From assembly GCA_009377585.1 (NCBI GenBank), contig WHTS01000003.1:10015-74014 (forward strand): a stretch of 64,000 bases of DNA. Direction: 5' to 3'. The DNA comes from Betaproteobacteria bacterium. Lineage in GTDB: Bacteria; Pseudomonadota; Gammaproteobacteria; Burkholderiales; WYBJ01. Under the pieces are notes generated by a model. That model made no database searches and was not told the DNA's origin. It saw only the letters and a program-made list of their open reading frames with translations. A program made the position numbers and the translations under genes. Of the stretch, positions 45,634-58,682 are shown piece by piece (positions within the stretch are counted from its first letter, which is position 1; each line of letters starts with the position of its first letter).

Positions 45634-45666
45634 AATTCATTCACAATTCATGCACACTCCATACAA
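45634..45666. repeat. Three tandem ~11-mers in the AT-richest part of the dnaA-dnaN spacer (candidate unwinding element)
   Basis: AATTCATTCAC / AATTCATGCAC / ACTCCATACAA with an 11-nt period, followed by the C-tract CCCCTCCCCCCC at 45674-45685. Confidence 0.35.
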
Positions 45667-45774
45667 ATCCTGTCCCCTCCCCCCCATATCTGTTTTGTCG
45701 TCTGCATTGATCGCCTTGGCTCGTTTTCCCGCAGTTTCACTGCCGCCTACTACTACCACCACATTGGATAACCA

Positions 45775-49325
<3,551 letters not shown>

Positions 49326-49362
49326 ATATCCGGGCCAATCGGCAACGGCAGCAAGCGGGTCC

Positions 49363-49833
49363 ATGTCGAAAAGAAAATCCATTGATTCAGGCCCGCGGTT
49401 CGGGCGGCGCCGTTCTTCCATCCACGGCTATGGCATCTTCGCCCGCCGCCCCATCGCCAAGGGCGAGCGGCTGATCGAATACAAGGGCGCGCTGATCGAC
49501 GCCGATCAGGCCGACGGACGTTACCCCGAAGACGGAACGCCGCCGCACACGTTTCTGTTCGATGCCGAGGACGACTTGTACATCGATGCGGGCGTGAATG
49601 GAAATTCCGCGCGCTGGATCAACCATTCGTGCTCGCCGAACTGCGAGACGGTGCAGGAGGGCCTGCGCATTTTTATCGAGGCGGTGCGCGCGATCCGGCC
49701 CGGCGAAGAGATTTCCTACGACTACCGCATTACCCTGGACGAGCCGCACGGCGCGCGCGCACGCCGCAAGTGGGTGTGCCACTGCGGCGCGCCCGGATGT
49801 CGGGGAACGATGCTCGCACCTCGAAAGCGCTAG
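49363..49833 (+). CDS. SET-domain protein (putative protein-lysine methyltransferase), 156 aa
   Basis: Frame of track ORF 49294..49833. ATG at 49363. ...SIHGYGIFA...GERLIEYKG..., the ARWINHSCSPNCE (NHSC) motif, EEISYDY, and post-SET CHCGAPGCRG. Lies 37 nt downstream of gyrB on the same strand. Confidence 0.85.
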   Translation: MSKRKSIDSGPRFGRRRSSIHGYGIFARRPIAKGERLIEYKGALIDADQADGRYPEDGTPPHTFLFDAEDDLYIDAGVNGNSARWINHSCSPNCETVQEGLRIFIEAVRAIRPGEEISYDYRITLDEPHGARARRKWVCHCGAPGCRGTMLAPRKR

Positions 49834-49860
49834 GGTTCAGGTCGAACTAACCGCCCCCGG

Positions 49861-49884
49861 CCCGATGCGATGCAGCGCATCGGG
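49861..49884 (+). terminator. Hairpin after the SET gene (candidate terminator)
   Basis: CCCGATGCG-ATGCAG-CGCATCGGG, a 9-bp stem. No U-tract. Confidence 0.4.
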
Positions 49885-49897
49885 CGTTCGCCGGCCC

Positions 49898-49917
49898 GGA
49901 GGTGCGCAGGCACCTCC
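49898..49917. terminator. Second hairpin in the convergent SET/topB spacer
   Basis: GGAGGTGC-GCAG-GCACCTCC, an 8-bp stem. It could serve either convergent transcript. Confidence 0.4.
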
Positions 49918-49931
49918 TTCGAAACCCCGGC

Positions 49932-52487
<2,556 letters not shown>

Positions 52488-52613
52488 GACTTAAGCGGAC
52501 ACGCTTTCGTGGGTGGCGGGCGGCAAAGAGCGGCAGATGATAAGAACAATCCCAGCCGATGGCAAGGAAGGCCCCGAGCCGCTCGCGAGGCGGTGCGCCA
52601 CTCGCGCGCGCGC

Positions 52614-53696
52614 TCAATCGAGTCGCTGGTAATCGCCTCGATCGGTTCGGCTCACCCGCGCGTCGAGCTCGAGCTGCGTCAACAGCGCAACCAATCGCTC
52701 GACCGACATTGCGGTGCGCTCGACCAGCGCGTCGAAGCCGCATGGATCATGCCCCAAGGCCGCGAGCACGCTCGCAGCATCCGGCTCGAGAGGCGCCTGC
52801 GTGTCCGCGCAGCCGATCGGTTGCTTCGGCATGCCGAGCTCGTCGAGCACGTCGAGCGCATCGTCGACCAGCTTCGCGCCTTGCTTGATCAGATGATGAC
52901 AGCCCTTGCTGAGCGGCGAATGGATCGAGCCGGGAATGGCGAACACGTCCCGCCCCATGTCGACGGCGCAACGCGCGGTGATCAACGAACCGCTCGCCAT
53001 TGCCGCTTCGACCACCAGGCAACCGCGGCTCAATCCGGCGATGATGCGATTGCGCCGGGGGAAATGGTGCGTCAATGGACGCGTGCCGAGCGCGAATTCC
53101 GACAGTACCAGCCCCTCCGAGGCGAGCTGGCTATAAAGTTGTGCATTGCCGTGCGGATAGATCACGTCGATGCCGCAGCCGAGCACCGCGACGGAGCGGC
53201 CGACTGCCTGCAACGCCCCACGATGCGCGGCCGTGTCGATGCCCAGCGCCATGCCGCTTGCGATGCACAGTCCGTGCGTCGAGAGCACGCGCGCGAACGC
53301 CTCGGCGTTGCGCATCCCCTGTGCCGAGGCGTTGCGGCTGCCGACCATGGCAAGTATGGGGCACGCCAGCAGCTCGATCCGGCCGGCGGCATACAGCACG
53401 GGCGGCGGGTCGGGCGTTTCGCGCAGCAGCTGCGGGTAGTGCGGATCTTCCAGCGTGACGATGGCGTGGCCGGGTTGCGCGGCCCAATCGAACGCGGCTT
53501 GCACGAGCGGCGATTCGGGACTGCGGCGGATGGCCTCCGCAAGCGCCGGGTCCACCACGCGCGCGAGACCTTGCTGCGACTGGCGCAGCACTTGCGCGGG
53601 TGAGCCGAACGTTGCCGCCAGCCGCCGCCAATTGGCGCCGCTGAGCGCCGCTACGGCGTTCAGCGCGAGCCAGGAGGAAAGCGAAGCGGGATCCAA
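52614..53696 (-). CDS. dprA: DNA-processing protein DprA
   Basis: Track ORF of 360 aa with ...ASGMALGIDTAAHRGAL...VLGCGIDVIYP...FPRRNRIIAGLS... Confidence 0.92.
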   Translation of the reverse strand: MDPASLSSWLALNAVAALSGANWRRLAATFGSPAQVLRQSQQGLARVVDPALAEAIRRSPESPLVQAAFDWAAQPGHAIVTLEDPHYPQLLRETPDPPPVLYAAGRIELLACPILAMVGSRNASAQGMRNAEAFARVLSTHGLCIASGMALGIDTAAHRGALQAVGRSVAVLGCGIDVIYPHGNAQLYSQLASEGLVLSEFALGTRPLTHHFPRRNRIIAGLSRGCLVVEAAMASGSLITARCAVDMGRDVFAIPGSIHSPLSKGCHHLIKQGAKLVDDALDVLDELGMPKQPIGCADTQAPLEPDAASVLAALGHDPCGFDALVERTAMSVERLVALLTQLELDARVSRTDRGDYQRLD

Positions 53697-53744
53697 CGGC
53701 GAGCCGAGGCCGGTTGCACTCGGAGCGACTTGGCCGTACGGGGC

Positions 53745-54857
53745 TTACGGGTTCTGAACGTAGTCGAGCATGTTGATCGTCGAGCTCGCTTGCATCACCA
53801 GCGCGTAGGAGACCTTCTCGAACGTGCGGAATACGAACAGCAGGCCGTGGCGCACCGGCGGCAGGTCGGTCTCGGGCATCGGCGAGCGGATGGTATCGTC
53901 GCGGCCGGTCGGACCTTGCCGGCCGTACAAGGGCGTATTGCGGAAGCCTGAAATAGGTTCGGTGCTGTAGCGGATGTTGCTCGCGCTTTCGGGGCTGCGG
54001 TACACCGCCAGCACGGTGCCTACGTCGACACCGTCGCGAGCCCCGCGATTCAAGGTCACGACGCTATGGACACCGACTTCGGCCAACCCCCCGTAGGCTG
54101 AAATGACCCGACCCTTGATCGGCTTTTCCGGGGCGCGCGGGATGTAGCTGACGAAGCTCGGCTTGGGCGCCGGAAACATCCGGTCGCCGATATACATTTC
54201 CTGGTTCGACTTCACGATCTCGAGGATGCTGACTTCCCCGGGGCGCACGATCCGGGCATCGCCCAGATAGACCGCCTCGTAACCGAGCGGCTCCTGCGTG
54301 TCCGGATCCACCAGCGGCTCGCCCGGCCGAAACACTTGCCAGAACTGACCGGGGCTGCCGTTGATTCCGCGCGCATAGGCGCGACTGCCTGCCCCGAGGA
54401 TCATGCGGTTCTCCTGGGTGGCGACGATGCGCGGCGCGCCATCCAGGGTCGATTGCTCGATCACCAGCGGCTGGGTGAGGAACGGTTCGATGGCGGCCGG
54501 CGGAATGCTCGGAATGGCTTCGGCTGCATGCGGCTCGGCGCGAACCTTGGGCGTGAGCACCACGGTGGGCATGCCCGCTACGACCCGCGCGCGTCCTGCT
54601 GCACGGTCGAGCACGATCACGTCCCCAGGATAAATCCGATGCGGGTTCCTGATCTGGTCCTTGTTCAGCTCGAACAACTGCGGCCAGCGCCATGGATCTT
54701 GCAGGAATCGCCCCGATATGCCCCACAGCGTATCCCCCGGGACGACGATATAGCGGTCGGGCGCATTCGGATCGAGCGCCGGTCCGGCGACCGCTGCCCA
54801 TGCGGTACCGGTCTGACTCAGCAGCAGCATGGCGCCTATAATGATCAGCTTGCGCAT
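53745..54857 (-). CDS. LysM-domain periplasmic protein
   Basis: Frame of track ORF 53745..54878. ATG 54857 gives MRKLIIIGAMLLLSQTGTAWA (signal peptide). LysM ...YIVVPGDTLWGISGRFL...PHRIYPGDVIVL... Divergent from def. Confidence 0.8.
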   Translation of the reverse strand: MRKLIIIGAMLLLSQTGTAWAAVAGPALDPNAPDRYIVVPGDTLWGISGRFLQDPWRWPQLFELNKDQIRNPHRIYPGDVIVLDRAAGRARVVAGMPTVVLTPKVRAEPHAAEAIPSIPPAAIEPFLTQPLVIEQSTLDGAPRIVATQENRMILGAGSRAYARGINGSPGQFWQVFRPGEPLVDPDTQEPLGYEAVYLGDARIVRPGEVSILEIVKSNQEMYIGDRMFPAPKPSFVSYIPRAPEKPIKGRVISAYGGLAEVGVHSVVTLNRGARDGVDVGTVLAVYRSPESASNIRYSTEPISGFRNTPLYGRQGPTGRDDTIRSPMPETDLPPVRHGLLFVFRTFEKVSYALVMQASSTINMLDYVQNP

Positions 54858-54957
54858 CGCACCCCCCTTATGAGGCACAACGGGCGCGTCGAGATCGGAC
54901 CCGTTTTGACAACTCGGTTTAAATTCTGCATCTAGCGACCTCTATTTGCAAGCATTT

Positions 54958-55461
54958 ATGGCGATTCTTCCGATTCTGCAATATCCCGATCCGCGCCTGC
55001 ACAAGGTGGCCGTGCCGGTGACGCGCGTGGACGAGGCGATTCGAACCCTGGTGCGCGACATGGCGCAGACGATGTATTCGGCGCCCGGGGTGGGCCTGGC
55101 CGCAACCCAGGTCGATGTGCACAAGCAGGTGATCGTCATCGATGTTTCGCCCACGCACGATCAACTGAAGGTTTTCATCAATCCCGAGATCGTGGCAAGC
55201 CGGGGCGCTTCCGACGCCGAGGAAGGCTGCCTCTCGGTCCCCGGCGTGTTCGACAAAGTCGCGCGAGCGCAATGGATTCGAGTGCGGGCGCTCGACCCCG
55301 AGGGCAAAGCGTTCGAGCTCGAGGCCGACGGCTTGCTTGCGGTTTGCATCCAGCACGAGATGGATCATTTGCAGGGCAAGGTCTTCGTCGAATACCTGTC
55401 GCCGCTGAAACGCCGCCGCATTCTCACCCGCATCCGCAAGCAAGAGCGCCGCGCAGGCTAG
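54958..55461 (+). CDS. def: Peptide deformylase
   Basis: Frame of track ORF 54946..55461. [14 protein letters not shown]... Motifs [22 protein letters not shown]. Confidence 0.95.
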   Translation: MAILPILQYPDPRLHKVAVPVTRVDEAIRTLVRDMAQTMYSAPGVGLAATQVDVHKQVIVIDVSPTHDQLKVFINPEIVASRGASDAEEGCLSVPGVFDKVARAQWIRVRALDPEGKAFELEADGLLAVCIQHEMDHLQGKVFVEYLSPLKRRRILTRIRKQERRAG

Positions 55462-55507
55462 GCCCGCTGCGGCGCAACCCGCCTGCCGGTCCGAGCTTTC
55501 GGCCCCT

Positions 55508-55570
55508 CTCGGCGGGCGAATTGCCGGACTCGGCGAACTTATTGCCGCCCTCGGCGAACTTGATGGACTA
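55508..55570. repeat. 3 x 21-bp tandem repeat in the def-fmt spacer
   Basis: CTCGGCGGGCGAATTGCCGGA / CTCGGCGAACTTATTGCCGCC / CTCGGCGAACTTGATGGACTA. Copies 2 and 3 share CTCGGCGAACTT exactly. Confidence 0.75.
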
Positions 55571-55582
55571 CGCGATCGTTCC

Positions 55583-56515
55583 ATGCGCCTGGTATTTGCC
55601 GGTACGCCCGAATTCGCCGCCATAGCGCTGCGCGCGCTGCTGGATCGTGGCTACGACGTCGTATCCATACTGACGCAGCCCGACCGGCCCTCCGGGCGGG
55701 GGTTGCGCGAGTCCTATAGTCCCGTAAAGCAGCTTGCCTCGAAACGCGGAATTGCGGTGCGACAGCCGGTCAGCTTGCGCGATCCAGGCGTTCAAGCAGG
55801 CCTGGGCGATCTCGACGCCGACGCGTGGGTGGTCGCCGCGTACGGGCTGCTGTTGCCGCGCGCGGTCCTGGAGCTGCCGCGCTTCGGCTGCGTCAATATC
55901 CATGCATCGCTCCTTCCCCGCTGGCGGGGGGCGGCGCCGATCCAGCGCGCCGTCCTGGCGGGAGACACCGAGACGGGAGTTTCGATCATGCGCATGGACG
56001 CAGGCCTGGACACGGGCCCGGTCTATCTGCGCCGTGGAGTGCCGATCGAAGCGCACGACACGGCCGGCAGCCTGCACGACTGCCTGGCCGAAGTCGGTGC
56101 GGCTGCCGTGTGCGAGGTGCTCGACGCCTTGGCGGCGGGGGCCATTCGCGCCGAGGCGCAGGCAACCGAGGGAGCGTGCTATGCGCCCAAGCTCACCCGT
56201 GAAGACGCCCATATCGATTGGTCGCAGCCGGCCGTGGACCTCGAGCGGCGGCTGCGGGCGCTCGATCCAGTGCCTGGGGCCTATACGACCCACGCCGGTG
56301 CCGTCCTCAAAATGTGGTCGGGGCGGGTTTCGACCGGGCGGGCCGCCGCAGTGCCCGGCACCCTGCTCGCTGCCGGGCCCGCGGGCATCGAGATCCAGTG
56401 CGGCGACGGCAGCCTGATCGTGACGGTCCTGCAGCGCGCAGGTAGCCGTCGTCTCGAAGCAGGACCGTTCTTGCTGGGCCACCGGATCGAACCGGGTACG
56501 CGCCTGGGAGACTGA
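55583..56515 (+). CDS. fmt: Methionyl-tRNA formyltransferase
   Basis: Track ORF of 310 aa with MRLVFAGTPEFA... and ...NIHASLLPRWRGAAPIQRA... Confidence 0.95.
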   Translation: MRLVFAGTPEFAAIALRALLDRGYDVVSILTQPDRPSGRGLRESYSPVKQLASKRGIAVRQPVSLRDPGVQAGLGDLDADAWVVAAYGLLLPRAVLELPRFGCVNIHASLLPRWRGAAPIQRAVLAGDTETGVSIMRMDAGLDTGPVYLRRGVPIEAHDTAGSLHDCLAEVGAAAVCEVLDALAAGAIRAEAQATEGACYAPKLTREDAHIDWSQPAVDLERRLRALDPVPGAYTTHAGAVLKMWSGRVSTGRAAAVPGTLLAAGPAGIEIQCGDGSLIVTVLQRAGSRRLEAGPFLLGHRIEPGTRLGD

Positions 56516-56550
56516 GGTGGCAACGTGAGCTTCTTAGGCGAGGGGCGGTC

Positions 56551-56746
56551 GTCGTTCGCTTCCCGGGCGAGGGGCCCCGCTTGCGGGGATCGACCGCAAA
56601 GCGAACGACGCCGGGCGCCGACGGCCTGGCGGTTGATTTACATGAGCCGGTTCGGAGGTGCCCGCTTGCGGGGATCGACCGCAAAGCGAACGGTGCCTGG
56701 CCGCCGATGCCTTGGCGGTTCGCGTTGCGACGGCGGTTCGGAGGCG
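56551..56746. repeat. ~85-bp tandem duplication (2 copies) with nested hairpins in the fmt-rsmB spacer
   Basis: A 32-nt block, CCCGCTTGCGGGGATCGACCGCAAAGCGAACG, is identical at 56576-56607 and 56661-56692. Both copies end in GGTTCGGAGG. GTCGTTCGCTT (56551-61) pairs with AAGCGAACGAC (56599-609) around the hairpin CCCCGC-TT-GCGGGG. Confidence 0.8.
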
Positions 56747-56748
56747 GC

Positions 56749-58020
56749 ATGCTGATCGAGCAACGCCTCGCGGTCGAGGCGATTCATGGGGTGCTCTCCG
56801 GAAGAAGCCTCACGCCGCTGCTGGAGCGGTTGTTCAGGCAGCATCCCGAACTGGATGCGGGCCAGCGCGGCGCGGTGTTCGACATCGCGCACGGCAGCCT
56901 GCGCCATCTGGGGCTCTTGCGCGGGGTGTGCGCCCTGATGCTGCGCAAGCCGCTCAACCCGCCGCAGCTGGAAGCGCTGCTGGTGGCGGCGCTCTACCAG
57001 CTCGCGTTCACCAAGGCCGCCCCGTACGCCGTGGTCGATCATGCGGTGCGCGCAACCGAGCAAGCGGGTTGGACCTGGGCAAAAGGCATGGTCAATGCAC
57101 TGCTGCGTCGATTCTCGCGCGAGCGCGAGGAGCTCCTGACGCGCGCGCGCGGCACGCCAGAGGGCCGTTATTCCTATCCCGGCTGGTGGCTGGAACGCAT
57201 CCGGGCGACCTACCCCGATCGGTGGGAAGCGATTCTGGATGCGGGCAACCGTCTCGCAGCGACCAGCCTGCGCGTGAATGCGCGTCGCAGCACACGTGAC
57301 GAGTACCTGAACGCGCTGCACCAGGCCGGCATCGACGCGATCCCGCTCGACGCTGTGGGCGTCATGCTCGCGCGTCCCATGCCGGTGGCGCAGATTCCGG
57401 GGTTCGCACGCGGCCTGGTGTCGGTTCAGGACGCCGGCGCGCAGCTTGCGGCCCGGTTTCTCGACCTGCGCCCGGGCCAGCGCGTGCTGGATGCGTTCGC
57501 CGCTCCGGGCGGCAAGGCTGCGCATATCCTGGAGCGCGAGACGGTGCATCTGGTCGCGCTCGACAACGACCCGGCGCGGATACAGCGCGTGCACGAAAAC
57601 CTGCGCCGGCTCGGGCTCGAAGCGGCGAGCGTCTGCGCCGATGCCGCCGAGCCCGATCGCTGGTGGGACGGCCAGGCGTTCGACCGAGTGCTGGCCGATC
57701 TGCCGTGCACGGCGTCGGGCGTCGTGCGCCGCCATCCGGACATTAAATGGCTGCGCCGCGAATCCGATATCGCGGCGCTGGCGGCACGCGCAGCCGCGCT
57801 GCTGGATTGTCTGTGGCGCGTCGTGCGCCCCGGTGGTAAATTGCTGATCGCCACCTGCTCGGTGTTCCGCGAGGAGAACCGGGGCCAGGTCGATGACTTC
57901 GTCGGACGCCATGCGGACGCACGACTCGCGCCGCTTCCCGGACAAGACAGTCTCGATGTGCAGCTATTGCCCGACGAACGCCATGACGGCTTCTATTACG
58001 CGTTGCTCGAGCGGGCATAA
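56749..58020 (+). CDS. rsmB: 16S rRNA m5C967 methyltransferase RsmB
   Basis: Frame of track ORF 56581..58020. ATG at 56749 is preceded by GGAGG. NusB-like N-domain, SAM motif ...DAFAAPGGKAAH..., and catalytic ...LIATCSVFREEN... Confidence 0.9.
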   Translation: MLIEQRLAVEAIHGVLSGRSLTPLLERLFRQHPELDAGQRGAVFDIAHGSLRHLGLLRGVCALMLRKPLNPPQLEALLVAALYQLAFTKAAPYAVVDHAVRATEQAGWTWAKGMVNALLRRFSREREELLTRARGTPEGRYSYPGWWLERIRATYPDRWEAILDAGNRLAATSLRVNARRSTRDEYLNALHQAGIDAIPLDAVGVMLARPMPVAQIPGFARGLVSVQDAGAQLAARFLDLRPGQRVLDAFAAPGGKAAHILERETVHLVALDNDPARIQRVHENLRRLGLEAASVCADAAEPDRWWDGQAFDRVLADLPCTASGVVRRHPDIKWLRRESDIAALAARAAALLDCLWRVVRPGGKLLIATCSVFREENRGQVDDFVGRHADARLAPLPGQDSLDVQLLPDERHDGFYYALLERA

Positions 58021-58136
58021 CCGTCGCCCGGCTGACCTGCCCGTTCGCTGCTCGGGTAGCGGCGTCGAGCTTCCGGCGGCCATCGCCCCGTCCGCGCAAC
58101 CGCTCCCGCTCTCAGCCGTGCGCGCCCGCATGGGAC

Positions 58137-58682
58137 ATGCGCGTTAGACGGTTCCTCGCGCTCGCCGGATTGCTGTTCCTCGCGCTCGCGGCGCGTGCGG
58201 ACAATATCGAGGTGCGCAGCGCCGCCATCGCACTCGGCGAAGACGGATATGTCCTCAACGCGGACTTCGAGATCGCACTGACGCCCACGCTCGAAGACAT
58301 CCTGAGCAAGGGCGTTCCGCTCAATTTTCTGCTGGAGGTGGAAATCATTCGCCCGCGCTGGTACTGGTTCAACGACCGGATCGCAACCAGCGCGCAACAG
58401 TACAAGCTTTCCTACAATTCGCTCACGCGCCAATACCGGGTGTCGCTCGGAACGCTGTTCCAGAATTTTGCCACGGTGGGCGAGGCGGTGCGTTTCTTCT
58501 CGAGCGTGCGCAACCTGCCGGTCGCGGATAAGTCGGACCTGCAGCCGGGTGCCGAGTACCAGGCGGCCGTGCGCATGCGCCTGGACGTGTCGCAGCTTCC
58601 CAAGCCGTTTCAGATCACCGCGTTCGGATCGCGCGAGTGGAATCTGAGCTCGGATTGGCATCGGTTCGCGGTGACCCCGTGA
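58137..58682 (+). CDS. Secreted DUF4390-family protein
   Basis: Track ORF of 181 aa. Signal peptide ...LLFLALAARADN. I recall this family as preceding ntrYX-type genes in Betaproteobacteria. That recognition is from memory only. Confidence 0.65.
   Translation: MRVRRFLALAGLLFLALAARADNIEVRSAAIALGEDGYVLNADFEIALTPTLEDILSKGVPLNFLLEVEIIRPRWYWFNDRIATSAQQYKLSYNSLTRQYRVSLGTLFQNFATVGEAVRFFSSVRNLPVADKSDLQPGAEYQAAVRMRLDVSQLPKPFQITAFGSREWNLSSDWHRFAVTP

Noticed and set aside
55508-56746. Could the 21-bp and 85-bp repeats be a small CRISPR array?
   Set aside because: There are only 2-3 directly abutting copies with no unique spacers between them, there are no cas genes in the window, and the repeats sit in operon spacers. 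These are tandem repeats, not CRISPR.
56581-56748. N-terminal extension of rsmB through the 85-bp repeats, and the alternative ORF 56525..56755
   Set aside because: The repeat period is not a multiple of 3, so the two copies are read in different frames. ATG 56749 has a GGAGG RBS and yields a normal-length RsmB.
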